From: an uncultured Ruminococcus sp.
GTDB lineage: Bacteria; Bacillota; Clostridia; Oscillospirales; Acutalibacteraceae
Assembly (NCBI GenBank): GCA_902764715.1
Contig: CACWXE010000004.1
Coordinates: forward strand, 1-42,822
Direction: 5' to 3'
Length of the DNA: 42,822 bases
Shown here: piece by piece, positions 19,411 to 28,534 of the stretch
How positions within the stretch are numbered: the stretch's first letter is position 1
How the letters are laid out: the number at the start of each line of letters is the position of its first letter
Notes under the pieces: generated by a model
Seen by the model: only the letters and a program-made list of their open reading frames with translations
Told to the model about the DNA's origin: nothing
The model's database searches: none
Translations under genes and position numbers: made by a program

Positions 19411-19713
19411 TTAGTTCGTGAGTTCGATCATCTTTTTGGCAAAGCCGGGATCCGTCGTACAGACGATGCCGCAATGCTTGCCGAGCGCGAAGCTCAACTC
19501 CTCTTTACGATAGGGGATCCTTTTTGCGGGGACGTGATGCACATCCGCCGCTTTGATAACGCCCTTGAGGCTGTTATCGGATACATCCTCTGCGTAAAGC
19601 ACCAGTTTCGCCTTACCCTCATTGACCGCCTTGGTGACGGTCTCAGCGCCGGAGAGCAACATCCCCGCCCGCTTGCATATGCCGAGAAAATTCAGTAATC
19701 TGTCGTTATTCAC
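19411..19713 (-). CDS. ylxQ: L7Ae/L30e family RNA-binding protein (YlxQ)
   Basis: LNFLGICKRAG..G..KAKLV..A.DVS..ELSFALGK. Position in the nusA operon. Confidence 0.88.
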   Translation of the reverse strand: MNNDRLLNFLGICKRAGMLLSGAETVTKAVNEGKAKLVLYAEDVSDNSLKGVIKAADVHHVPAKRIPYRKEELSFALGKHCGIVCTTDPGFAKKMIELTN

Positions 19714-19969
19714 CGATTTCTCTCCTCATGGTATCGTAGATCTCAGGCTCGATCTTTGTCGAAAAAGCGCGTTCGAGGCGTTTTGCCTTTTCCGCCTTGT
19801 TCAGACATTCTACGTTTTTGCAGATATACGCGCCGCGACCGGGCTTCTTACCCGTGAAGTCTACGGAAATCTCGCCTTCCTTGTTGCGGACGATGCGGAC
19901 GAGCGTGCGCTTATCCTTCATCTCCCCGCAGCCGATACATTTTCTAAGCGGTATTTTTCGCTCAGCCAT
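19706..19969 (-). CDS. ylxR: YlxR/RnpM family RNA-binding protein
   Basis: PLRKCIGC..K..LVRIV...GRGAYIC...C. Confidence 0.93.
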   Translation of the reverse strand: MAERKIPLRKCIGCGEMKDKRTLVRIVRNKEGEISVDFTGKKPGRGAYICKNVECLNKAEKAKRLERAFSTKIEPEIYDTMRREIGE

Positions 19970-20033
19970 AAAGATTCTCCTCTTTGTGTCACATTGTATT
20001 ATTATGTCACTCGCTCACGCTCAGACATTTATA

Positions 20034-20082
20034 CAATTCCTCAGTCGCCTTCAGGCGACAGCTCCTTTTCCCAAAAGGAGCC
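20034..20082 (+). repeat. Family A element with a short (empty) loop
   Basis: CAATTCCTCAGTCGCC-TTCA-GGCGACAGCTCCTTTTCCCAAAAGGAGCC. Confidence 0.8.
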
Positions 20083-20094
20083 TGTGACAGCATA

Positions 20095-21183
20095 TCATTC
20101 GGTTTCCTTGTCGTCTTCGTCTTGTGTATCCTCGCCCCAGAAACCGGACTCGGGACGGATATCTATCTTATAACCGGTCAGCTTAGCCGCCAGTCTTACG
20201 TTCTGACCCTTGTTGCCGATCGCCAGCGAAAGCTGACCGTCGGGAACGGTCGCCTTGCACGCCTTGGTGCCGTCCTCGGCGAGCTCGACCTTCACGACGT
20301 TAGCGGGTGACAGCGCCGCCGCGATGAACTCGGCGGGATCGTCGCTGTAGGGTACGATATCGATCTTCTCGCCGCACAGCTCGTCTACGATGGTGTTGAC
20401 ACGAGCGCCGCGTGTACCGATGCAGGCGCCGACCGCGTCGATCTCGCTGTCCTCGGAGAAGACCGCCATCTTGGTGCGGGAGCCTGCCTCGCGGGAGATC
20501 GACTTGATCTCGACAGTGCCGTCATAGATCTCGGGGATCTCTTTCTCAAACAATCTCTTGACAAAATCGGGATGGGTACGCGAGATGATCGCGCGCGGAC
20601 CGCGTTCGGTCTCCTTGACGCCCGCGACATACACCTTGACGGTGTCGCCCTCGCACAGGTCGTCGCCCTCGATCTGTTCGGACTTGGGCAGCACGGTGAC
20701 CGCGTTGCCGAATTTCAGCGTCGCGTTGCCGGTGATCGGATCGACGCGCTCTACGGTCGCTGTCGCGATCTCCTGCGATTTGCTCTGGAACTCAACGAGC
20801 ATCTGATCCTTCTCGCCGTCGCGGATACCCTGACGGATGACGGAACGCGCGGTCTGTACCGCGATACGTCCGAACTGCTTGGGCTCGAGCGGGATGCCGA
20901 TCTCCTTGCCGACAGCGGCGCGCTTGGAGATAAGCTTGGCGTCCTCCAGCGAGATCTCGTAGTTCTCATCCTCCACCTCTTCGACTACTGTTTTGAGCAG
21001 TTTGACGGAGAAGGTGTTTTTATCCGCGTCCATCTTGATCTCTACATTTTCGTTGCCGCCGTAGAGGTTTCTGCAGGCGGTAACGATCGCCTTTTTGATC
21101 TGAGTGATCATATACTCAGCGGGGATTCCTTTCTCTTTCTCGAGGAGGCGCAGCGCCTCAAAGAGCTCTTTATTGCTTGCCAT
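20095..21183 (-). CDS. nusA: Transcription termination/antitermination factor NusA
   Basis: FGRIAVQTARSVIRQ, SREAGSRTKMAV, GACIG and LSLAIGNKGQNVRLAAKLTG. Confidence 0.98.
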   Translation of the reverse strand: MASNKELFEALRLLEKEKGIPAEYMITQIKKAIVTACRNLYGGNENVEIKMDADKNTFSVKLLKTVVEEVEDENYEISLEDAKLISKRAAVGKEIGIPLEPKQFGRIAVQTARSVIRQGIRDGEKDQMLVEFQSKSQEIATATVERVDPITGNATLKFGNAVTVLPKSEQIEGDDLCEGDTVKVYVAGVKETERGPRAIISRTHPDFVKRLFEKEIPEIYDGTVEIKSISREAGSRTKMAVFSEDSEIDAVGACIGTRGARVNTIVDELCGEKIDIVPYSDDPAEFIAAALSPANVVKVELAEDGTKACKATVPDGQLSLAIGNKGQNVRLAAKLTGYKIDIRPESGFWGEDTQDEDDKETE

Positions 21184-21206
21184 TTTTCCAAATCAGACCT
21201 TTCTAT

Positions 21207-21350
21207 ACAGTGTTCAGTGGTTAGTGGTCAGTGAACAGTGATCCATCGGATACGCTGTTCTCTCATTAACCATCATATTTATGGTGTCATATCAATCGGG
21301 TGTGGGCAAAGCCCACCCGCAATTCCTAATTCCTAACTCCTCATTCCTAA
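21207..21350. repeat. Heptamer arrays plus family H hairpin between rimP and nusA
   Basis: (CAGTGNN)-like x5 at 21207-21241. GGGTGTGGGCAAAGCCCACCCGC followed by (AATTCCT)-like x4 at 21296-21350. Confidence 0.75.
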
Positions 21351-21830
21351 TTAGTCAAAGTCGTCGAGCTTGATATAAGCCGCGTCCTTTTTGCTGATCG
21401 TCACGGTGTTCTCGCCGCTGTGGTCGGTGATGGTGACCATCCCGTCCTCATAGGCGGTCAACACGCCTTTGAATTCCTTGCCGATCCCGTCGAGCGGTCG
21501 GATCATCTTGACCATGATATCCGCGCCGATGAACTGCATAAAGTGCTCGGGGCGGATCAGCTCACGCTCGATACCGGGAGAGCTGACCTCGAGGATATAC
21601 TCGCCGGCGATGGGATCCAGCTCATCGAGCGGCGCGTCCAGCGCGCGGGACATATTCTCACAGTCGTTGATATCCACGCCGCCGTCTTTGTCGATGAACA
21701 CCCGCAAAAACCATTGCGAGCCCTCTTTGAGATAGCGCACATCCCAGATGCGCAGACCTAAGTCCGCGGCGATCGGCACGGCGAGCTCTTCGACAACGGA
21801 CACCGTATTCTTTCCTTTACTGTTCGCCAA
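21351..21830 (-). CDS. rimP: Ribosome maturation factor RimP
   Basis: LRVFIDKDGGVDINDC...YILEVSSPGIEREL. TTG start after RBS AAGGAGTG. Confidence 0.96.
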   Translation of the reverse strand: MANSKGKNTVSVVEELAVPIAADLGLRIWDVRYLKEGSQWFLRVFIDKDGGVDINDCENMSRALDAPLDELDPIAGEYILEVSSPGIERELIRPEHFMQFIGADIMVKMIRPLDGIGKEFKGVLTAYEDGMVTITDHSGENTVTISKKDAAYIKLDDFD

Positions 21831-22026
21831 AATATCACTCCTTCGTCATCGTTGGCTGTACTCGCTGATAGCGATCAAGGATGATCCCTATCGTGCTCGT
21901 GTCGCAACTCTTCCTCTCCCCAAAAAGCGGGGCTTTTCGGGGACCCCGAATCATTGATTGAGGTCGCCGCAGTGCTGACACAAATCGAGTACATTTCAAT
22001 GATATACCAAAGCGTGTTAACAATAA

Positions 22027-22057
22027 CAAAGAGCGGGTCCGTCAAGACCCACTCTTT
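22027..22057 (-). promoter_or_regulatory. rimP leader terminator/attenuator hairpin
   Basis: AAAGAGTGGGTC-TTGACG-GACCCGCTCTTTGTT, resembling the Firmicute rimP-leader hairpin. Confidence 0.65.
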
Positions 22058-22082
22058 ACGTTAACATATCTTACTGTAGCTT

Positions 22083-22111
22083 ATTTTATCACTTCTGCCG
22101 GTTATTGTCAA
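22083..22111 (-). promoter_or_regulatory. sigma-A promoter of the rimP-nusA-infB operon
   Basis: TTGACA (22111-22106), 17 bp, TAAAAT (22088-22083), with an extended TG. Confidence 0.8.
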
Positions 22112-22174
22112 GTAAATGCTCACCAAATATACATAGCGGAACAAACGTGTTTTTGATTATTTTTCAAAAAAGTG

Positions 22175-22228
22175 TTGACAAATCGATCGTGATAGCATAT
22201 AATACAACCATCCTACTTGTTAGGTAGG
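22175..22228 (+). promoter_or_regulatory. sigma-A promoter of cysK with a putative Rrf2 operator
   Basis: TTGACA 22175-22180, 17 bp, TATAAT 22198-22203. Dyad CCTAC-N7-GTAGG at 22212-22228. Confidence 0.8.
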
Positions 22229-22259
22229 TTGTAAATGAACATCCGAGGTGATATAATCC

Positions 22260-22286
22260 ATGTATACCAGCGGCTTTCGATGTTGA
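22260..22286 (+). CDS. Putative leader peptide MYTSGFRC upstream of cysK
   Basis: GAGGTG RBS (22245-22250), then ATG TAT ACC AGC GGC TTT CGA TGT TGA. Confidence 0.5.
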   Translation: MYTSGFRC

Positions 22287-22304
22287 AGGCAATAGCAAAT
22301 CCGC

Positions 22305-22398
22305 TGTCATTGCGAGGGCTTCAGCCCGTGGCAATCCCACAAAGAGGAGCAGAGCTTTTCTGCTGCCGCATGCGATATGTCAGGGCTTCGCAACGACA
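22305..22398. repeat. Family C inverted doublet in the cysK leader
   Basis: TGTCATTGCGAGGGCTTCAGCCCGTGGCAATC (+) and a degenerate ..GGCTTCGCAACGACA copy (-). Confidence 0.7.
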
Positions 22399-22452
22399 CA
22401 CTTACTGCCCTTTACAAATCCAAAACATTACTATATAATAAGGAGAACCATT

Positions 22453-23385
22453 ATGGCTAACATTTATACATCCGCCGATCAGCTGATCGGCAAGACCCCC
22501 CTGCTCGAGCTGAGCAATATCGAAAAGAAACTCCATCTCAACGCAAAGCTCCTCGCGAAGCTCGAATACTTCAACCCCGCGGGCTCCGTCAAGGATCGTA
22601 TCGCCAAGGCGATGCTGGATGACGCGGAGGAAAAGGGACTTCTTAAGGAAGGTTCCGTCATCATCGAGCCGACCTCCGGCAACACCGGTATCGGTCTGGC
22701 GGCTGTCGCGGCGGCGCGAGGCTACCGCATCATCATCGTGATGCCCGAGACCATGAGCGTGGAGCGCAGACAGCTGATGAAGGCTTACGGCGCCGAGCTG
22801 GTGCTCACCGACGGCACCAAGGGCATGAAGGGCGCGATCGCCAAGGCGGATGAGCTCGCGCACGAGATCGAGGGCGCGTTTATCCCCGGTCAGTTCGTCA
22901 ATCCCGCCAACCCCGCCGCGCATCTCGAGACCACCGGCCCCGAGATCTATGAGGACACCGACGGCAAGGTCGATATCTTTGTCGCGGGCGTCGGCACAGG
23001 CGGCACCGTCACCGGTGTCGGCGAATATCTGAAAAGTAAAAATCCCGATGTCAAAATCGTAGCTGTGGAACCCGCTTCCTCCCCCGTGCTCAGCAAGGGC
23101 ACCGCAGGCGCGCATAAGATCCAGGGTATCGGCGCGGGCTTTGTGCCCGATGTGCTGAACACTAAGGTCTATGACGAGGTCATCGCCGTCGAAAACGACG
23201 ACGCGTTCGCCGCGGGTAAGCTCATCGGCAAAAACGAAGGCGTGCTGGTCGGTATCTCATCCGGCGCGGCGCTCTTCGCGGCGATCGAGCTGAGCAAGCG
23301 TCCCGAGAATGCGGGCAAGAACATTGTCGTCCTGCTGCCGGATACGGGCGACCGCTATCTTTCCACGCCGCTGTTCCAGGACTGA
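22453..23385 (+). CDS. cysK: Cysteine synthase A (O-acetylserine sulfhydrylase)
   Basis: [42 protein letters not shown] and [10 protein letters not shown]. Confidence 0.97.
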   Translation: MANIYTSADQLIGKTPLLELSNIEKKLHLNAKLLAKLEYFNPAGSVKDRIAKAMLDDAEEKGLLKEGSVIIEPTSGNTGIGLAAVAAARGYRIIIVMPETMSVERRQLMKAYGAELVLTDGTKGMKGAIAKADELAHEIEGAFIPGQFVNPANPAAHLETTGPEIYEDTDGKVDIFVAGVGTGGTVTGVGEYLKSKNPDVKIVAVEPASSPVLSKGTAGAHKIQGIGAGFVPDVLNTKVYDEVIAVENDDAFAAGKLIGKNEGVLVGISSGAALFAAIELSKRPENAGKNIVVLLPDTGDRYLSTPLFQD

Positions 23386-23397
23386 AATGATTGAAAG

Positions 23398-23429
23398 AAG
23401 CGGCTTCGGGCAACACCGAAGCCGTTTTC
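23398..23429 (+). terminator. Terminator after cysK
   Basis: CGGCTTCGG-GCAACA-CCGAAGCCG followed by TTTT. Confidence 0.75.
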
Positions 23430-23500
23430 ATACATTTGTCATTGCGAGCCGCCAACAGGCGGTGTGGCAATCTCAACCATATAAAAAGAAGGTATATGAT

Positions 23501-24037
23501 ATGAACACAAAACACTCTTCGCATACCCTGCACATCGTGATCGCCGCGATGTTTGCGGCAATGATCGCGGTGATGACCGCGTTTGTACAAATCAAGACCC
23601 CCACCGGCGGCTATGTCCATCTCGGTGACTCGATGATCTATCTGACGGCGTGCTTTCTGCCGATGCCCTACGCGGTGGCGGCATCGGCGATCGGCGGCGG
23701 TATCGCCGATCTGCTCGTCTACCCCGAGACCATCATCTACACCATCATCATCAAGGCGCTCAACGCGGTGTTTTTCAGCGCCAAGGACAACAAGTTGCTG
23801 ACCAAGCGCAATGCCCTGATGACCATCCCCTCGGGACTGGTCACGGTGGTCGGCTATTCTCTTTCCAAGCTGATCCGTCAGCTTCTGGCGGGCGACAGCT
23901 TTCAGAGCGCACTGGTCAACGCGTTATGGAAAATGCCGGAGAACGGCATTCAGGCACTCGCCTCGGCGCTGATCTTCATCCTGATCGCCGCCGCTTTCGA
24001 TAAAGCGGATATCAAGAAGCGGATGCTGGGGAAGTAA
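23501..24037 (+). CDS. ECF transporter S-component (TIGR04002-like)
   Basis: AAMFAAMI..TAFVQI..GGYVHLGDSMIYL..AIGGGIADLL, multiple TM segments. Substrate unknown. Confidence 0.8.
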   Translation: MNTKHSSHTLHIVIAAMFAAMIAVMTAFVQIKTPTGGYVHLGDSMIYLTACFLPMPYAVAASAIGGGIADLLVYPETIIYTIIIKALNAVFFSAKDNKLLTKRNALMTIPSGLVTVVGYSLSKLIRQLLAGDSFQSALVNALWKMPENGIQALASALIFILIAAAFDKADIKKRMLGK

Positions 24038-24070
24038 ACCGGATTCCTCACATATTGGATCAACCATCTG

Positions 24071-24105
24071 AAAAACGCCTTGCGATGAATCATCGCAGGG
24101 CGTTT
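24071..24105. terminator. Bidirectional terminator
   Basis: AAAAACGCCTTGCGATGAATCATCGCAGGGCGTTT. Confidence 0.8.
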
Positions 24106-24210
24106 ACTTATTTGTTGGTCGCTTCGCTCAATTTGTTATCACCCGATCTCGCGGGAACTCCCTATCGTTTCCTTTCAGTTATATTATCACATGGAGTAGA
24201 TCAATATTAT

Positions 24211-24321
24211 CGTAGGGACGAGCATTGCTCGTCCGCATGACAGAAGCGTTTCTTTCCTGTCTCATGCTTTCGATAATAGAAACGTCCGTCATTCTGCGGA
24301 TGGTCAATGACCATCCCTACG
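24211..24321. repeat. GTAG-type REP doublet (REPIN-like)
   Basis: CGTAGGGACGAGCATTGCTCGTCCGCA ... TGCGGATGGTCAATGACCATCCCTACG in inverted orientation. Confidence 0.8.
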
Positions 24322-24379
24322 GAAACAAGAATCCCCTATCTGTCATTCCGATATCGGAAACTCTCTCTCCTACATTATG

Positions 24380-25426
24380 TTATTGGATCTCCCCGCCGCC
24401 TAATACCACGTCGCCGTCATACAGCACACATGCCTGACCCGGGGTGATGGCGCGGATCGGCTCGTCGAAGATCACCGTCACACTGCCGCCCGCGTTGGGA
24501 TATGCCGTGGCGGGCTGTTCTTGCTGGCGGTAACGCGTTTTCGCTTTACAACGCACGGGTTCGGTCGGTACCTCGCCCGCGATCCAGTTGAAGTCATCCA
24601 CCGTTGCCGTCGTGGTGAACAGGTGACTTTCATCACCCAGCACCACCTTGTTGTCCTCCGCGTCGATCTTGACCACATAGATCGGCGCGCCGACGCTGAT
24701 GCCGAGGTGCTTGCGCTGACCGATGGTGTAGTGCGAGATACCCTTATGCTGTCCGAGCACCTTGCCGTCGACCGTGACGAAATCGCCGGTGGGCATGGCG
24801 CCGCATTTTTCCTCAATAAAAGCAGCATAGTCGCCGTCGGGCACAAAGCAGATATCCTGACTGTCAGGCTTGTTGGCATTGACAAAGCCGTGCTCCTGCG
24901 CGATACGGCGCACCTCGTCCTTGCTCAATCCGCCGAGCGGGAATCGGATATGGCGGAGCTGCTCCTGCGTCAGCGAATAGAGCACATAGCTCTGATCCTT
25001 GGCGGGATCGAGCGCCTTTTTCAGCAGATATTTTCCGTTTTCTTCCTCGACGCGGGCATAATGACCCGTTACGACCAGATCGCATCCCAGCTCCCGCGCA
25101 CGTAGCAGGAGCTTGTCGAATTTCATATAGCGGTTGCAGTCGATACAGGGATTAGGTGTGACGCCGCGGCGGTAGCAATCGATGAATTTGCCGATGATCT
25201 TCTCTTCAAAATCCTCGGTAAAGTTGAACACATAATACGGGATCCCGATGCGGTGACATACCGCGCGCGCGTCCTCGACCTCTTTGAGAGAACAGCAGGA
25301 CTTGGGGTTATCGTCGTCTTCTTTGTCAAACAGGCGCATCGTACAGCCGATCCGCTCACAATCGCTCATCAATAATGCCGCTACGGAGGAATCCACGCCT
25401 CCGCTCATCGCAATCAGTGCTTTCAT
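24380..25426 (-). CDS. mnmA: tRNA 2-thiouridine(34) synthase
   Basis: MKALIAMSGGVDSS, TPNPCIDCN, TGHYA, KDQSY, DSQDICF and AITPGQ. RBS GAGGT. Confidence 0.97.
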   Translation of the reverse strand: MKALIAMSGGVDSSVAALLMSDCERIGCTMRLFDKEDDDNPKSCCSLKEVEDARAVCHRIGIPYYVFNFTEDFEEKIIGKFIDCYRRGVTPNPCIDCNRYMKFDKLLLRARELGCDLVVTGHYARVEEENGKYLLKKALDPAKDQSYVLYSLTQEQLRHIRFPLGGLSKDEVRRIAQEHGFVNANKPDSQDICFVPDGDYAAFIEEKCGAMPTGDFVTVDGKVLGQHKGISHYTIGQRKHLGISVGAPIYVVKIDAEDNKVVLGDESHLFTTTATVDDFNWIAGEVPTEPVRCKAKTRYRQQEQPATAYPNAGGSVTVIFDEPIRAITPGQACVLYDGDVVLGGGEIQ

Positions 25427-25445
25427 AGTTACCTCGTTTGTGATA

Positions 25446-25546
25446 GGTTGAGATACCGCGGGACGCAAACGGATCGTCATTACGAGGAGGAACAAAGTTC
25501 CGACGTGGTAATCTCAACCTCAGCAAATCGCGTCCCCCGCAATGAC
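25446..25546. repeat. Family C element nested in the loop of an oppositely oriented family C element
   Basis: Outer GGTTGAGATACCGCGGGACGC...GCGTCCCCCGCAATGAC. Inner GTCATTACGAG..CGTGGTAATCTCAACC (25476-25519). Confidence 0.7.
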
Positions 25547-25607
25547 TGCATAATATACGCATATTATATATGAAAACGGAAAAAGTGTAAAGAGTTAAAA
25601 GAGATAC

Positions 25608-25637
25608 TTGATTTACCTACCAAACCTGTGGTATAAT
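25608..25637 (+). promoter_or_regulatory. rrf2 promoter with a putative autoregulatory site
   Basis: TTGATT..TGgTATAAT, with CCTAC-N7-GTGGT (25616-25632) lying in the spacer. Confidence 0.6.
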
Positions 25638-25709
25638 AGTATAAAGGTGTTAATATTTATACCGCCTAAAGGCGGTTCGCAATGACCGTTTTGAAAAGGA
25701 TGAACAAGC

Positions 25710-26138
25710 ATGAAAGTATCTACCAGAGGACGTTACGCGCTGCGCGTACTGATCGACCTTGCCGAACACAATAACGGCTCCTACATCCCGATGAAGGACG
25801 TCGCCGCGCGACAGGAGCTGTCGCTGAAATACCTTGAGCGCATCGTGCCGACCCTGACCAAGGCGAAGCTGATCGCGGGCGTACACGGCAAGGGCGGCGG
25901 CTACAAGCTGACCCGCTCGCCCGAGGAATACTCCGTCGGCGAGGTACTGCGCCTGACCGAGGGCGACCTCGCGCCTGTCGCGTGCTTAGCCCCCGACGCG
26001 GATCCGTGCCCCCGCGCCGCGGAATGTCGCACCCTGAAGATGTGGCAGGGCTTTTATGACATGACGAACAATTATTTTGACGGCATCTCCATCGCCGACC
26101 TCGCCCAAACCGAAACCGCGGATAATTATGTGATTTAA
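25710..26138 (+). CDS. Rrf2 family regulator (CymR/IscR-like)
   Basis: MKVSTRGRYALR..LSLKYLE..G.HGKGGGYKL..EGDLAPVAC..C....C (three Cys). Confidence 0.92.
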   Translation: MKVSTRGRYALRVLIDLAEHNNGSYIPMKDVAARQELSLKYLERIVPTLTKAKLIAGVHGKGGGYKLTRSPEEYSVGEVLRLTEGDLAPVACLAPDADPCPRAAECRTLKMWQGFYDMTNNYFDGISIADLAQTETADNYVI

Positions 26139-26216
26139 AAAAGCCTTCCCCTTGAGGGGAAGGCTCATCATCAACAACGCCCCTCCGAAAGGAAGGGCGT
26201 TTTCTGCGTTCTTAGC

Positions 26217-27038
26217 CTACAGCGGCGGCTCAGGTGGCTCGGTGACCCTCTTCCCGTCATAGGTATAGGTCTTATCCTTTACGGTGATCGTTCCGTTATC
26301 ATTGAACATGATATCCGTATTCTCGTCGAGAGAAGTGTCATGTTGTTCAATCCAAACTCCATCTTTGAGAACCTTCCGACCATCTTCGTTACGATAATGC
26401 TCAATAAACTTCCAATCCTTCACGAATTCGATCGAGCCGATCGAAAAGCTCTCCGCGCTGTTGTATGAATAGACAGCTTTATACAACCAATTAACGTCAT
26501 CGTCATCCGCGTACTCGACCACTCTGACGTGGTGTATCCCGTCCGGCGCGGGGATATCGGCGATATCGCGCGGGTTTTGATAGCTGAACAAATATGATCC
26601 TAAAGTAAAAAAGCAACTGAACGCGAATATGATACCGAAAGCCAGAACGACCAATATTGTCAAACCCTCGTTTTTGATATAGAAACAAGCCGTAATAATC
26701 ATCACGATAGCCGAAACGAGGTAGATCGCTGTCTCCCATGTGCCGACTACGATATTTGAGTTGTTCAAAACGCGTGCCATCAGATATCTGTCGATCGGCA
26801 GCAGAAAAACAGACAGGATCAGCATGGTTTTCGCGACCTTTCCGATCCGTTTGTCCTTGCATATCAGCATAGCGGTACAAATACCGATCAACAGCATATT
26901 CAGTACGTCAGCCCAAAGCGTCAGGCTCTTGAACAATATCGTGTAGCCCTTCAAAAAGAGCGAATATCCTAAATATAATACAGGAAAAAAGGCGTTCAAC
27001 GCAAACAGCAGATAAGTCAAGATGTTGTTTCGTTTCAT
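26217..27038 (-). CDS. Membrane protein (about 5 TM plus C-terminal soluble domain)
   Basis: 273-aa ORF with a hydrophobic N-terminal half. RBS AAAGGAG. Confidence 0.7.
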   Translation of the reverse strand: MKRNNILTYLLFALNAFFPVLYLGYSLFLKGYTILFKSLTLWADVLNMLLIGICTAMLICKDKRIGKVAKTMLILSVFLLPIDRYLMARVLNNSNIVVGTWETAIYLVSAIVMIITACFYIKNEGLTILVVLAFGIIFAFSCFFTLGSYLFSYQNPRDIADIPAPDGIHHVRVVEYADDDDVNWLYKAVYSYNSAESFSIGSIEFVKDWKFIEHYRNEDGRKVLKDGVWIEQHDTSLDENTDIMFNDNGTITVKDKTYTYDGKRVTEPPEPPL

Positions 27039-27076
27039 GACGCTCTCCTTTCATTACATCGTCAACGCGAAAAATG

Positions 27077-27646
27077 TTACAGCATATTTCTCAGGAACAT
27101 TGTCATCCAACCGCAGTATTTGGTCAAAACCTCTTCCATAGAATCGACAGTATCCAGATCGGGATCCCTAAAATAGACATAGGCGATCTTATGGGTCTCA
27201 TCATTGAAGCCGACAAAATACGCCAGCTTTGGAAAACGATCGGAGTATAACTCTCCCTGCTTGAGCAGATTCATCTGATAGCCCTCAAACGTGAAGGAGG
27301 GAGAAAGACTGACGTCCTGCCAAGCGTCATATCCGATACTTCGTTTGCCCTTCAACTCTTCTGTCTCAAAGGTGTATTTTTCCTGTGCAGCTGCTTTTGC
27401 GCTCTCATAATCCTCTTCCCCATACTCGACGATCAGATTGTATGCTTCCCATTCAAAAATATATATCATTCCGTAATGGTACAAGGTGTTAACAGAAATA
27501 TATTCTCCCAATTCGCTGAGTTTGGGCATATTCTCGTCCTTTGCCGCAAATTTTTCATATACAGCGATATCTGTATTATTACGACTGCACCCTGAGAGTA
27601 ACAACAGCAATACTACAGCCATGAACAGGCAAATCAGCTTTTTCAT
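27077..27646 (-). CDS. Putative lipoprotein
   Basis: MKKLICLFMAVVLLLLLSGC lipobox. ATGA overlap with the MerR gene. Confidence 0.75.
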   Translation of the reverse strand: MKKLICLFMAVVLLLLLSGCSRNNTDIAVYEKFAAKDENMPKLSELGEYISVNTLYHYGMIYIFEWEAYNLIVEYGEEDYESAKAAAQEKYTFETEELKGKRSIGYDAWQDVSLSPSFTFEGYQMNLLKQGELYSDRFPKLAYFVGFNDETHKIAYVYFRDPDLDTVDSMEEVLTKYCGWMTMFLRNML

Positions 27647-28512
27647 AACTCCGCTCTCGCCCTTCTTTTATACGCCGTCCACAGGGTTATCACTCTGACT
27701 GCCGCCGAAACGAGGATGAAGCCGATCCATAGCTCAGCGATATGGATGGTCTCGTAGTTCGGGATCGGGCGGACGGGATAGAGGATGATCCGCGCGATCA
27801 GCCAGACGAGGAACATCGCACCGACAGCGGCGGCGACGACAAGATTGCTCAAAAACAGCTTGACCGCCGTATTCACCGCGTCATCATCCCGCAAGGTGAA
27901 CCACGCCGAAAGCGCGGTAACGCCTGCCGCGACAGCAATCACAGCGAGATCGACCCACATTCCCGCTGAAAACAGATAGCCGCCGTCGCTGTCGAATTTA
28001 ATGTGATATCCAAACAAGACTAAAGCGATCAAGATGACCGTGCGAACAATGCCGTCAATGACAGCGCTGCTGTACGCGCCCTCGATAAATCGCGCGATCA
28101 GGTAACGGATCCGCATACGGCTGTCCTCAGAGGGCGCTTCGGGATGCTCATCATCCGCCAGCGAATCGGCGAGTTCTTCAAACGAGCCGATCTTTTCGCT
28201 GAGCGCGTTTAATGAACCGAGCACTTTCTCGCCTTTTCTCAGCTCCGTTTCCTGCTTTTCGGTCACCTCGGCGACGATGGCAGGAATGTGTTCGGGATTC
28301 TCCTGCACCTCTCTGATCTGTGCGATCGAAAAGCCCGACGCGCGCAGAACGGCGATTTGGTCAAGTCGGGTGACGTCGCCATCAGAGAAGTCAAAGGAAC
28401 GTCTTCCCGTATAGTTTTCGGTTTTATCGGGTGCGAGCAGTCCGTTTTCGATATATAACCGTATCGCCCTGTCGGACAGCCCCGTGCGCTCACAAACCGT
28501 TTTGATTTTCAT
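27643..28512 (-). CDS. MerR-family regulator with C-terminal TM domain
   Basis: MKIKTVCERTGLSDRAIRLYIENGLL.P..LRASGFSIAQI HTH, followed by about 4 hydrophobic segments. Confidence 0.85.
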   Translation of the reverse strand: MKIKTVCERTGLSDRAIRLYIENGLLAPDKTENYTGRRSFDFSDGDVTRLDQIAVLRASGFSIAQIREVQENPEHIPAIVAEVTEKQETELRKGEKVLGSLNALSEKIGSFEELADSLADDEHPEAPSEDSRMRIRYLIARFIEGAYSSAVIDGIVRTVILIALVLFGYHIKFDSDGGYLFSAGMWVDLAVIAVAAGVTALSAWFTLRDDDAVNTAVKLFLSNLVVAAAVGAMFLVWLIARIILYPVRPIPNYETIHIAELWIGFILVSAAVRVITLWTAYKRRARAEL

Positions 28513-28534
28513 AACATCACCTGATTTCTCCCTT

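Noticed and set aside
24130-24175. Resemblance to cobalamin or fluoride riboswitch starts
   Set aside because: Core conserved boxes are missing, and no same-strand gene lies downstream.
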